Part shown: positions 27,187-46,737 of the stretch, in pieces
Numbering within the stretch: position 1 is the stretch's first letter
Layout of the letters: every line of letters begins with the position of its first letter
Assembly (NCBI GenBank): GCA_030704615.1
Contig: CM060733.1
Span: 4,340,001 to 4,404,000 of the forward strand
Direction of reading: 5' to 3'
DNA length: 64,000 bases
Origin: Takakia lepidozioides
Lineage: Eukaryota > Plantae > Bryophyta
Made by a program: the position numbers and the translations under genes
The notes under the pieces: generated by a model
What the model saw: only the letters and a program-made list of their open reading frames with translations
Database searches by the model: none
What the model was told of the DNA's origin: nothing

Positions 27187-29316
27187 GATATATACTACTG
27201 CAACAAATATTAGAATAGCCAAAAAACAACAATCGCGCTCAGCAATACCATATTGTGGTTGGCATTGTAGGTTGCAGAGACTCCTGTTTTTATTTCCGTA
27301 TCAATGCATTTTTATCTATCTATCTTTGCACTCTAAAAGGGTGCAAATAGATGGTGATTATCCATAACATTCCATATATATATGATGCCAACCAAAGTTA
27401 GCGCAAATAGCCTCTTCCCCTTGCGGGTATTGCCCCTTTTTGGGGTGGGCTCTATTTACATTCCACAACATGGTGCTGTTGTGGAAATTCGCCGCATGCG
27501 AAGGATTCCGAATGTGTCGACCAACTCCAGCTGATCAATATCGTTACTCGTAGTATTTTCATCCGACATTATATTCCAACTGATCATCCCTATTTTAGAC
27601 TCTTCTGTTTGATATGCCACCTCAGTTGGGGGCTGCTTGTCCCTTGAGCCTTGTGTTTGGCATGAAAGAGTTTTTCTCCATATTGTAAGGGGCCCGATTT
27701 GTTGGTTCACTTTGTAAAAGCATACCATACCCTTTTAAAAGAAAATGGCCAATCAATCTGTCTAGCCTGGCTGCAATTCTGTAGTAAAGCTTTGCCAATT
27801 TGGTGAATTTCAATAGTACATCCAACCTCCCACCACAGAAGGTGGTAGAGCCCACAAGGGGAAGAGGCTCTTATTTACGCTAACTCCGGTTTGCGTCATT
27901 TTTCTCTTTCTCTTGCACATCCAACCAGGATGAATCCCGAATGCGTTGTTGCCGCATGAAACTTAGCCCAAAACTTAGCCCAAGTATCCGATACGCAACT
28001 AACATGCCAAGAACGATGGCCGAAACAGATGGAACACCGCGCTGCACTCCCTTGCCAGGAATCATCCAATCAACTTCACTTCCAAATCAGCCATTCTTTT
28101 ATTGGCAATTTCCAAATTGCGACCTCAAAAAATAAAATGGAATATTCTGCAAATTCCTTGTTTTTCATGGATGAAATCACCAAACTTCTCCAAAAACTAA
28201 ATAAATTATGGATGCATTTGCCCAAATATGGATGATGTAAAAGGATTAAAGTACAGAGGTGGATGAATTTATGTGGATGAACATAATGTACGGCTCTTGT
28301 TTTTGGCAAAACTCTGTAGCCACTCGTGCTGTTTTAAAAAAAAAGCCGCTGTTCCAAATAAGTTCAGTGCAGAACATCCTCATGGATGGATGACAAAAAT
28401 CCATCCATCATGCATCCATTCACACCGGGGGTTGCCGACCGGCAGTTGGGTGGGCGAACCCACGCACGAGCACGTCGGCGGCGTGCAGGCCCGCCGCCGT
28501 CCCCACGTGTCAGTTTCGCGGCCTTCTACAAGTGCTGGCTCGCCGGTCGTGATAAATGCTCGCCGGCCGCCGGCTTTCCCAACTGTTTTTGTCCACGTAT
28601 TCGTATTCACGTTCCAGGGAACAAAGTAGATCGTAAACCTGATTAGCTCCCTTAATAATATAATATATTAATTAATTACTCATTAGACCAGTTAATGAGG
28701 GAAATAAATCTTCCTTGTTGTCGATTCGGTCGACAATTATTCCGACAGGGAGTCGTCAAAAATCACAAATATGGGATGTTGAATGAATGAAGACGCACGA
28801 TGGATGAACACTTTCGTCTTCCTTCCAGTAGGCGACAGTAGGAAGTACGGAGACAGAAGAGTGTCCACACGTGTGGGACAGGTTTGGTTAAAGGGATGGA
28901 TGTGGGATTGGTGAAGAATGCATAGCATCCGTGGAGAGGAGCGTTATAAAGAAAGCAAAACAAGAGTTGTCTGGCTCGTCTGCTGGGCCTCCGCATCTTC
29001 GCAATTCTCGCACGGTCGGATCGTTGCAAGCGATCTCGTCGTGTGCAGAGCAAGCATTTCAAGAGGTCACCTTTTCAGATTGTCTACAATTGCAGTTTCT
29101 CTGGACGAGTGGGGTGGAGTGCCTGATCTTAGTTCCAAACTTCCCGTCTTGTGCCCCGAGAGAAATTGTGTTGGGGATTGGGAATTCCTTGGTGAATGTT
29201 CCATCGCTGCGAGGAGAATTGTGAAGTGGCAGTTTGTATCTAGGCTTCTTCGAAGTGGGTTTTTTCCTGCTGCATTGCTTTTTGAGAGGCGTGCACGGGC
29301 TTTGGAGCGAGGCAGA

Positions 29317-31622
29317 ATGTGGCGACGGGGAGGTGCTTTGATCGTGTTTGCTTTTTTGCTTCAATGGGAAGTGGCACAGGCTTGGAACAGTGCTATTCTG
29401 ATCCCTCCCTCAGGAAACAGGTCCTCACTCTCTCTTCCGTTGTAGTTGGACGGGAACTGTGTCCCAACTGTGTAGCAATGATCTCGAGTGGTCCTTCTTG
29501 TGTGGCAGCTCTCTCAATTGTTATGGGCATTTGTATTTTGCATGTCTGCCAGCTGCATTGTGCTGTATTGTGAATGTGTGTCTGGTAATTTGGTGGCTCA
29601 TCGCGGTGCATTATGAATTATGGAACGCGATAGAGCGGAGGGGGAGCGGAGGAAGACAGGGACCGCACTTGTAAATCATAGACAGATGCAGGTAGGCTTG
29701 GCTGCAGTGGGCATGGAACGCGAGATGGAGGAATATCAAGGCAGGGAGATGTGTTTTGTTGGTGGATATAACGTTGTAGGTTTTGTAATGACGATTCCTA
29801 GAATCTACCCAAACGGATCACCTCTCACGTCATATACATGGCTGGACCGCCGTTTCATCCTATTTTCTGGAGTGGATGCCGTTTACAAATTATGCTCCGT
29901 CTTTCTGAGTGCGAGAGGCATGTACGTGAGTGACCAGTTGATGCATTGCAGCAAGAGTACGTGTACGAGCCAGAGTGCATTGAGACTGAATAGTATCTTG
30001 GCATTGCCTGAACAGCCTGCATCTCATAGCCACAGCGAGCAACGCTAAGGAGCTTTACAAGTGCTCTGATGGCGTGTGGACAGCAAATGGAGGATCCGCT
30101 GATTTGTTGGATCCGAAATCGAACAACCAAATAGGCAATTACGTCTCTGTATACGATAGTGTCATGCAGCGTTCAGTGGGGTCATGGACGCTCTTGAATT
30201 CCCCTGGCGACGTTTCCGAATCTGGCAGCCCCACCAGTACTGTCTCAGGTAGCACCCAACTTTCTTTTGCACATAATGTGTTGCCTTCTATCTATCAATG
30301 AATTCGCGTAGCAGATTGTTCTCAAGCGCTTGCTTTTGTCTCTTTAGTAGCCAGATTGCTCAATCAATTTCTGTCTGGCACTGGACAGTACAGTGGGCGT
30401 GAAAGACGCTTGTGATTGTTGCCACCACGTAGAGAGTTGTACCACAAGCATTTTAAGCGAACATCCAACGCTCGGATTGTCAATTCGTGCTTCAACCTTT
30501 TCGCTTCTGAGAGTAGCTAGAACAGGTTGACCTGATAAGAACGCAACATGTAGAATTTCTGTGGGAGAGCACTGGTGTTCAATCACTGGATAGTGCAATT
30601 GATACTGCTACAGTGCAATAATGTATTTTCAAGGGTTGTACTTGCCACAAACTTGAAGGGTGATGGCAAACAGCTGTCTACCAACGACTAAGCTTCTTTG
30701 GCTTTGCAGGCAGGCCGATTGCAACTGTGACCACGAGTGCGGACGGCGTGCAAGATGTGCTATCTCTGTCATCATCTCATCAGAACTTGGGAGCAGCCGC
30801 GTTGGTGTCTTACATTGCGCGCAGGAATACAAGTGGCGGGCTGGCTCCCCATCCATCTTCATGCTTGACTGAGGCTGAAACTGTGCAAGTCCCCTACTTC
30901 GCCTACTTCAATTTCTACACCCAAGACAGTGCTCCACCGTATGTTCCTTTATCTCTGGATGTGCCCAACGGGCGCATGGTGGAGGGCTTCTATGCCCAAG
31001 GGACGATGAAGTATGTGTACAATGGGAAAAGATGGATGCATAGGGCTGTTGCTGCAAGGCTCTACGATGTGCCCGGGGGTACGTTGGTGGGACGTTTTTC
31101 GAGTCTGTCAAGGAGCCGTATGAAATGGCAGATCTTCAACCCCAACGGATTCTCGCTTATGGGCCATGCCTCAACCAAATCCATACAAATGTCTAGCAAC
31201 AGCATTCCTTGGCAATTGGCTAACGTCACCAGCAGCGCCGGCAATTCGTAAGTTGTCTGTGCCCCTGGCTGGTTGCATTCTTGGGCAGTCTCGTTGAGGG
31301 CAAGCATCGAGATGAATGGTCTCGTCAATACTTGAGCACCTCTCCCTTTGCTTCTCTCTCTCCTTTTCTGGAAGGGCGTCCATAATTTAATCCGCGCAGG
31401 TCCCTACCGTGTGGTAAGAACTCTCACTTCCTTTCGTTACTTGCAATTGACCTCTAGCTGGGGTGGGTGCACAGATCACTGCTGGGGCCGTTTAAATACG
31501 TGCTTATGGTGTCTACACGAGGTGGCACTGCACCCAACACCGAAATCGGCCTTCCTATACTGGGGCTTGTTTATAATTCCCCATTCTCATGCATCTTCTG
31601 GCTTTTCACTACTAGCGGATGA
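29317..31622 (+). CDS. Secreted protein with two tandem DUF3455-like domains
   Basis: Exons 29317-29420, 30016-30248, 30710-31247 and 31475-31622 splice in phase. Signal-peptide-like MWRRGGALIVFAFLLQWEVAQA. Two repeats end in SYIARRNTSGGLAP..VPYFAYFNFY and KYVLMVSTRGGTAP..SPFSCIFWLF, resembling the DUF3455 'T-x-GG-x-AP...VPY-x-A-x-Y' pattern. Confidence 0.7.
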
Positions 31623-33520
31623 TGGCTGTTGGACCTCCTTCGCCAGGATTCCCTTCAAGAGGAAATGCGAGGTGCTGATTGCTCCACATAATCGTCCAAC
31701 TAATGTTTGACGACCCAATGAATACGGTAAGTTCAGAATCTGTATGCATGTACAGTGCTTTGTCACAGGAATTTAGCTGTTGTTGAGGTCTCACAGTGTG
31801 AGACCTGGGTCCTGTTATGTCCTCTCCATAGCAAAGTGGTAGCCTCCCTCCTTGGAACCACAGGCTGGGGGCATTGTAGCATGCCAGCAAGTCTTGAATG
31901 CAGACTACATGTTTACTGTAAACTAAATTATCTCAAACTTTCATATGTAGTATGTACTATAGCGCCTTCTGTGTTGATATAATGTAGAGACATCTGCTGT
32001 AGAACTGCACCAAAGTGCCATTCATATGTTTATCCTTCGCCTCTTTCTCATAATCGCCTCCTGCCTCTCCCTGCTTTTTCAAACTCATGTAAGTTTCCGA
32101 TTATGCAAATTACTCACTACATTTGTCTAGACTTTGACAATGCAACAATTTGTACACTGGCAAGATGGATTAATGCACCTTCAGAAGTGGTCACACTACA
32201 TTAGCTCCACATGTGGTAAAAATCAGATTCTACTGGCACCAAGTCCAGTATACAACGGTGGCCTTGCATATAATAGTCCACAAACAATAGCAGTCAAGGA
32301 TTGCGAATAGAACAATCTACAAGGACTGTAGAATAAAACAAAAGTGTTGAGATATGCTGTTGTGTATGGCTTGTGCACCCTCCAAATTACACATTTGTGC
32401 CAAGGAAGAATTCAGCTTCAATGTGTGCCTCCAGTGAGATTCAAAGTTTTCAAGCATTGTGCATGTGACATCTGGCCAAGGGCAATGTGCCACACCATTT
32501 ATGTTGCAAATGTTGATGGTAATGTTATAGAAATCAGGATGGAATAAACGAGCTTTGATCTCATGGAATTGAATCTCGCAGGATAAGCGCGGTGCAGTTA
32601 TGGTAGGAAGAATGCAACTTAAGGGGATATAGGCGAATACAAGGTACCTTGGTGGAGTCTAGACGATAAGCGGACTACTAATGTATATCTCTGTCATATC
32701 AAACTCACCGGGGACTTGCATTTGACAGAAAACGAGTAAAATACAAATGAAGAGAGAGGAGACTCTCTCCAAGGCAAAAGCTCCTTTTTGCGAGTATCAC
32801 ATGACTGTCAAATGTATACAAGAAATAAAAGGCTTGCAGGGAATAGCAACAGACACAATATGGCAGCAGCCTAGTCAATCATGTGCATAACTACGAACAA
32901 TAGCTTGAAATCGTTTCATCATTTCCCACTATTGTCTCACAACCACTTTGTGGTCACATATATCAGACGCTTGTAGCAAACCTTTAAGACGAGGAGGAAA
33001 ACTCGACCATAATCATGAAAAATAACCACAAGAAAAGAAAATCTGAAGCAGAAACATAGCACGAACAAACAGATGTGGGACCTAACCAACCAATATGTGG
33101 ATTAGATCTACAACCCACTATTTTACATGGTGCCAAGCTATCCCCCCTGATATCCAGGCTCAATGAGATCATATGAAAGTGGACATTATTACCATAATCC
33201 TAACTTTAGTCAGCCAAACCAAGCCATGACAATTTGCCCAGGACTTACCAATATGACCTGTCAACTAAACGATAGCACACACAGTCTCTCCATATTATAG
33301 GTTCCCATGCAACAGCAGCATCCCAGAATTCACAAAAGCTCATAGAAAGTTGAGGCCCATAAGGCAATAAGAGGATTACTCCAATAGAGAATGGCATGGT
33401 GCAATATATTTTTCGGTAGAATCATTAGACATGGATATTAACTTCCCATCCGCCATCCACAAGACACAGCAGACAAATGTACTTTGGCATGTCTCTCTAG
33501 TGGAAGGACAACGAAAGCAC

Positions 33521-40594
<7,074 letters not shown>

Positions 40595-42439
40595 GCTTGG
40601 CACCAACACTGAACCTCTCAGATGCAACAACCCAGATTTCTCTAACACTCAAACCCTCACAGATGCAAACATACAAGCCATTCGAGTCCGCACCGAGACT
40701 GCATTAGACAGGGAAAGGATCAGAGAGCCGCTTCAAGACAAAACCTAGCTGTGAAAGAGTCTCTCCATTTGCAAACGGAACGGTGTTATCAGAAACGATT
40801 GCTAACGTCCAAACCGAAGTTGTGGAAGTATCGTCAGCCGTTTGGACGATTCTGGTGCCTTTTCGTGGCTCCGTTTGGACGATACTTCCACAATTTCTCT
40901 CATTCTCCTCAAATGCAGATGGCGGTCAGGATGCAGTCACCAACCTCGTCTGCAGTGCCTTTTTGTGGCTGCTTCCATAGCAGATAACTGATCAGGTGCC
41001 TCCAAACATGCACATTCACACAAGCTTTCAGTTCAGTAACAACTGGGTGATTGCAACTGAAATGTCTTTTGCAGTGCAACAGGGAATTGCACTGTTTCTT
41101 CTGATTCCAGGATTGGTAGAAGAGGCCCAGGTTAATGAATTGCCAACTGTGAAGTGCATGGATGGGTGCAGTATAGCCGCAGCCCGATTATGAAGGTGGT
41201 GAACCCCGGATAAGGGACATCCCCAAGATGATCAGACCCCATGTACAATCTCATGTATAGCAGAGCTTTGGCCATCTTGAAGCTTATTCTTCTTCGTGGT
41301 TGCCATTACAGTGTGATGAAGAGTTTTGTGAGAGTCAGGTCTTTATGATTTGCAACAATACAATGCTATTGTACAATGTATGGCTTGATTTGTGGCACTG
41401 GCCGCCAGGGAGCAACAAGGATAATGACAATTGCTGAAGATCGTAAGGATCGACAACCTGGCTTACAAGACAGACGTGTTGTGCACTGCCTACAAGGAGG
41501 TGAAATGATCTAGAACACACTGTTCTTTAGCTCATCAACTGTACAACCCACAGGTTTGGCAAAGGTTGGATATGCAGAAATCTGTCTCTTTAAGGTGATG
41601 TGCATAAGATTTGCAATTGATGAACAATCAAACAGTATGCGGCCCTTCTGCGTCTTCCATTCTACAACGTTCGGTCTGCCTTTCAATTGTCACCCACCCA
41701 TCCAAATCACGATTAACATTGACAAACCACATGTGGATAAGGCCTTTAAGTTGGTATGAATCAAGCTTGCCGCAGGTCAAGTGCACAGCTATGTCTGCAT
41801 TCCACAAAAGGCTAAAGAGAGAGATTCAGCAGGTGAGCTTTGCAAGGTTGGCCACTCAAAGGACTGGCAAGGGTAGGCCTGTGCATGTTTTTCTCCTTGT
41901 CAGTGTTCTTGGCACAAGGAAGACCTTTCCATACAACATCCATGCAGGCTGGGGAAAACTACCGGTGAAAGTGACACATACCTCAGGAGGTTTGCTCCAT
42001 GGACAACAGCTAGAGGCCACTCTCCTCACAGGCAGAACAACATTGATCCCAGTCCGCTTTGCTTATGGGGATGAATCAAATCACTACAAATGTATGACTG
42101 TGAAACCAGTTGCCGCCTCCTTCAACTTGTGGCACTCGCACACGGAAGTAGACGACATTTAACACGAGTCTGGTCAGGGCAAGCAAATACATCATATCCT
42201 TCACCAAAAACAGCCCTTTCGTCTTTGCCCACCCCCGAAAGGAGGTAGTAGCCGCAAGGTGAAGTGGCTCTTTTGTTACGCCGGCCTTCGCCGGAGTCAT
42301 CTCTCTCTCTCTCTCGCTTACGTCGTCGTCCTGATTGATGAGGGGGTCATAAAACCCTAGAAGTTGAAGGCTGCGATGACCATAGAACTGCAGCTGGGGT
42401 TGCTTTCTAGCAAATAAATTTTGTCAGCACCTTGCGTAT

Positions 42440-42873
42440 TGTGAATAGTATTGTTGACTAACGAACAGAATTGAAGAAGACAGTCCGCTTTTTCCCGCTT
42501 GTCAGAACACCCACAAACCATCATTGAGGCTGGGACCCACCCAGTAGCCCAACCAGACGCCTGCACTCCTTTCATTTGCACCAGTTTACAGCATTCCCCA
42601 AGTCAACGGGGCACCCAGTTGCCTTACTCCTCCTGCAACCTTCGTTGTCTCTTTGACGGATTCTGCACATTAGGGGGCTCCTAATGAAGCAAGAGATGGA
42701 CTGGAGTGCAGTACTTGATGACCGTGAGGCAGTTATGTCTCTTCTTCTTCAGTGATTGCAGATTGGCATGTCTATCATAAACTCCAGCTTCCAGACCCAC
42801 CTCCTACACGACCCTTGGCCTGCCAATCCCACGATCACATTCACAGGGTGCTGCTGAGCAGCAGAAGTTCCTG
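42440..42873 (-). pseudogene. Truncated, deleted duplicate of the 46117-46640 region
   Basis: Collinear similarity to 46117-46640, including WLGYWVGPS.NDG, with a ~70-bp and several smaller deletions. Confidence 0.8.
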
Positions 42874-42908
42874 AATCAATGCACCATCATTTATGCATGT
42901 TCCTTGTT

Positions 42909-45428
42909 TCACCAGTAGTCCCCACAAGAACAAACCCCATCTTGGAAGTGGTGAAAGCGGTTGGCATCCCGCACAAGAATTGCTCGCCCAACAATCTTTG
43001 AAATGAACTTGGTGGCTGTGTGACAGTCACCACACACACGAAGGTTCTTGATGATGCGGAGAGGTGTCCCAGGGGATGTGCTCATCAGTCCAAAAGCAAT
43101 AGCCAGCTTCTCGCTGTGGTGGCAAAGAGAAAATTCCTTTCGCTCCTCCTCCACATCATGCAATGCAAAGCGAGTGTCAGGTGTGTACCCAGCCTCCTTC
43201 ATCTGCCTAGACAATCTCTTCAGCTCTGTGTGGATTTCCTCAATTTGTGGATGTGATTTGTCCCCTACAATGAAAGTATGCACCTGTCTGTCAACTTCCA
43301 CGCAGCTCTGCCCTGGCTGCTTTCTGACACCATTGTCCTTCATCATTTTTCTCACCTTTGCTGTGTCGTCCCACCTCCCAGCTGCAGCATAGATGTTTGA
43401 TAGCAGCACATAAGTTGGAGCATCCTGTGGATCCAGCTTTAGAAGGCATTTTGCAATACGTTCTGCTCGCTCCACATCGCCATGAATTCTGCAGGCAGCA
43501 AGCAAGGCTCCCCACACTGAACCACCTGCTTCAGGCATCTTGTTGATGTAGTCCTCTGCCTCATCCAATCGCCCTGCACGGCCAAGAAGATCCACCACAC
43601 AGCCAAAATGTTCAACTGTAGAAGTGAGACCATGTTCTTCTTGGCTCATAGAATCGAAGTAGTGGCAGCCTTCGTCCACCAGGCCTACATGGCTGCATGC
43701 AGAGAGAACACATATAAAGGTGATACCGTTCGGCTTCAAGCCTTGCTGTTGCATTTGTTCAAATAATTGCAGGGCCTCCCTACCACACCCATGTTGAGCA
43801 TATCCTGCAATCAGTGCATTCCATGAGACCACATTTCGGTGAGTCATACCATCAAACACTTGACACGCACACTTCATACTCCCACATTTGGCATACATGT
43901 CGACAAGGGCAGTCTCCAGCACAACGTCTGGCGCAATCCCAGCTTTGATGATGTCAGCATGAACCTCTTTGCCCTTTACCACGGCTGCCAGGCTGGCACA
44001 TGCCTTCAGAACGCAAGTGAATGAGACCTCGTTGGGCATCACCCTCTCCCATATCATTTGCTCATAGGTCTCAAGAGCCTCCCTACCACACCCATGCTGA
44101 GCATATCCTGCGATCATGGCATTCCATGAAATTACATTTCGTTCAGGCATATCATCAAACATCTGTCGCGCATCCTTTATGCTCCCGCACTTGGCATACA
44201 TATCGACAAGCGCAGTCCCCAGAATGACATCTGGTATGATTCCAGCTTTGATTATATCAGCATGGACCTCATTGCTCTTCTCCAGGGATCTGAGACTGGC
44301 ACACACATTGACAATGCAAATGAACGTGACCTTGTCTGGCATCACCCCCTCTCGTATCATTTGCTCATAGATCTCAAAAGCCTCCACACAAGACCCATGC
44401 TGAGCATATCCTGCCATCATGGCATTCCATGAGACCACATTCCGTTGAACCATATTGGTGAACACTTCAAGTGCATCCTTCATGCTCCCACATTTGGCAT
44501 ACATATCAGCAAGGGCAGTCTCCAGAATGACATCTGGTGCAATTCCAGCTTTGATAATGTCAGCATGGACCGCTTTGCCCTTTTCCAGAGCTGCCAGGCT
44601 TGCACATGCCTTGAGAAGACAGATGAATGTGACATTGTTGGGCAATACACCTTCCTGTACCATTTGCTCATAGGTCTCAAAAGCCTCCCTACGACACCCA
44701 TGCTCAGCATATCCTGCAATCATTGTACTCCAGGAGACCACGTCTCGATTCGACATTTTTTCAAACACTTGGCGTGCATCCTTTATGCTCCCGCATTTCC
44801 CATACGTGTCGATAAGGGTATTCTCCAGAGTGATATCTATTGCAATTCCAGCTTTAATAATGTCAGCATGGACCTCCAGGCCCTTTTCCAGGGTTGCCAG
44901 GCTGGCACATGCCTTGAGAACACAAAGGAATGTGACCCTGGTGAGCCTCACCCCTTTCCTTACCATTTGGTCATACAGATGTAAGGCCTCCCGACCACAT
45001 CCACGCTTAGCATATCCTGCCATCAATATATTCCATGTAACTCCATCTCGTTCAGGCATATTGTCAAACACTAGCCGTGCATCCACCACACTTCCACACT
45101 TGACATACATGTTGACAAGAGTGTTATGTAGAAAGATGTTTGGTGTGAATCCACTTTGGTTAACATGGGCGTGCACCTGCTTTCCCTCTTCTAGACAATT
45201 CATCTTGATGCATTCCTGCAAGACACAGACATAAGTATTGGAGTCTGCCGAAATGCTTCCCTGGTTCAGAATGTGAATCGCCTCTTTCAGTTTTCCTGCC
45301 TTGCATAGTGTTCTCACATCCTCACAGATATCACTTTTATTGACATCCTCCCTTAGTCCTCTTTCAAACCCAGTCACCACAGTGGAGGTCCCAGATCCAA
45401 ACAACTGTGCCTGATCTGCTCCTGCCAT
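42909..45428 (-). CDS. PLS-class PPR-E1-E2-DYW protein, canonical C-to-U organellar RNA editing factor
   Basis: Intronless 839-aa ORF with 17 P/L/S motifs, PG box (KQPGQSCVEV), HSEKLA, CGDCH and terminal CSCGDYW. Confidence 0.97.
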   Translation of the reverse strand: MAGADQAQLFGSGTSTVVTGFERGLREDVNKSDICEDVRTLCKAGKLKEAIHILNQGSISADSNTYVCVLQECIKMNCLEEGKQVHAHVNQSGFTPNIFLHNTLVNMYVKCGSVVDARLVFDNMPERDGVTWNILMAGYAKRGCGREALHLYDQMVRKGVRLTRVTFLCVLKACASLATLEKGLEVHADIIKAGIAIDITLENTLIDTYGKCGSIKDARQVFEKMSNRDVVSWSTMIAGYAEHGCRREAFETYEQMVQEGVLPNNVTFICLLKACASLAALEKGKAVHADIIKAGIAPDVILETALADMYAKCGSMKDALEVFTNMVQRNVVSWNAMMAGYAQHGSCVEAFEIYEQMIREGVMPDKVTFICIVNVCASLRSLEKSNEVHADIIKAGIIPDVILGTALVDMYAKCGSIKDARQMFDDMPERNVISWNAMIAGYAQHGCGREALETYEQMIWERVMPNEVSFTCVLKACASLAAVVKGKEVHADIIKAGIAPDVVLETALVDMYAKCGSMKCACQVFDGMTHRNVVSWNALIAGYAQHGCGREALQLFEQMQQQGLKPNGITFICVLSACSHVGLVDEGCHYFDSMSQEEHGLTSTVEHFGCVVDLLGRAGRLDEAEDYINKMPEAGGSVWGALLAACRIHGDVERAERIAKCLLKLDPQDAPTYVLLSNIYAAAGRWDDTAKVRKMMKDNGVRKQPGQSCVEVDRQVHTFIVGDKSHPQIEEIHTELKRLSRQMKEAGYTPDTRFALHDVEEERKEFSLCHHSEKLAIAFGLMSTSPGTPLRIIKNLRVCGDCHTATKFISKIVGRAILVRDANRFHHFQDGVCSCGDYW

Positions 45429-46176
45429 CCTGCATCACTCAAAGACCCTCAGTTACAAACCTCGACACTCAGACTCAGAGAATCTCTCTCAAAGTTCCTA
45501 CATGGTTCAAACAAAGATCTCTTCACGAGCATAGGCTCCTATAACCAGGGCTCGTGTTTGTCACCCCTCCACACCTGTTTATCCTTCTACGTATGGATTA
45601 CCGAGCACCACTTCTGACAGCTGTGTTCACCTCCACACCAACAAAAAGATAGAAAAAACATCAATATAAAACTCCCCCGTTGTGTTTAACCTCCTATGCA
45701 GCTTTCAAGACCTGTCTTCTCCATTTCTGTCTAAAGGGAGAAATCACCATCCCTCCATTCAGAAACAAAAGACCTCTGCTTCCTGTGATCTGCAATGGGC
45801 GACTCACTGTCTTGTCTCTTGAAAATTATAATGAGAGTACTTTGCAGAACACCCCCAGGAACTAACGGAGGAAGATCAGAACTCCAGGAGATCTGCTTCT
45901 TTGCAAGAGGGACTGTAATACTGGAATTGCTCCGACGATCCCTCTCCACCAGGCCTTGCCCCAGACTTCCGTTTAGATGCTTCAAGCTTCTCCAATTGAT
46001 CGGCTACCAAAGCACGACCATATAACTGCAGCTCGGGTCGCTTGCTTTTCTTGCAATTAAAGTTCCTCAGCACCTTGGAGGGAAATGAGTTCCTCAGTGC
46101 GTTGTGCATGCTCTACAGAATACTATTGTTGAATAATGAACAGAATTGAAGAAGAAAGTCGGCTTTTTCCCCTTCG

Positions 46177-46737
46177 TCAGAAAACAAACGCACTCACAAG
46201 ACCCCAACCATCATCGAGGCCGGGACCCACCCAGTAGCCCAACCAGACGCATGCACTCACTTCACTCGCACCGCTGCAGTTTACAGCAACCCCCAAGTCA
46301 ATGGCACCCAGTTTCCTTACTCCTCCTGCAACCTTTGGTGTACGTTTTTTGACGGATTCTATTCTATGCTGGTTCTTTCTGAAGGCTTCTACATCTTCGA
46401 TCATACTGAAAGTACAAGGAATTAAAAAGATGCACATTACGGGGCTCCTTCTAATGAAGAAAGAGATGGACGGGAGTGCAGTACTCGATGACCGTGAGGC
46501 AGTTACGTCTCTTCTTCTGCAACGATTGCTTGACATGTCTATCACAAGCTCCGGCTCCCAGACCCACCTCCCGCACGACCCTCGGCCTGCCAAGCCCACG
46601 ATCACATTCACAGGGGGCTGCCGAGCAGCAAAACTTCCTGGGGCTGATACTGTCTGATGCTCGACCGGCAAATTTAGAGTTGGTGGAGCTGAAACTGCTC
46701 CACACGGAAGAGAAGGCCATAGCGTTCGTGTGATCAT
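46177..46737 (-). CDS. Uncharacterised plant protein with C-terminal WLGYWVGP-x-x-DDGWG-x-V motif
   Basis: ATG-initiated 186-aa ORF. The terminal motif resembles one I recall from small uncharacterised land-plant proteins (not verified) and is partly retained in the local duplicate. Confidence 0.5.
   Translation of the reverse strand: MITRTLWPSLPCGAVSAPPTLNLPVEHQTVSAPGSFAARQPPVNVIVGLAGRGSCGRWVWEPELVIDMSSNRCRRRDVTASRSSSTALPSISFFIRRSPVMCIFLIPCTFSMIEDVEAFRKNQHRIESVKKRTPKVAGGVRKLGAIDLGVAVNCSGASEVSACVWLGYWVGPGLDDGWGLVSAFVF

Noticed and set aside
41300-42360. Possible gene between RPT3 and the PPR
   Set aside because: No consistent frame, splice pattern or recognisable domain.
42909-43330. Possible DYW:KP (U-to-C) editing variant
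   Set aside because: Both complete DYW domains have a canonical PG box, HSEKLA, CxxCH and terminal DYW.
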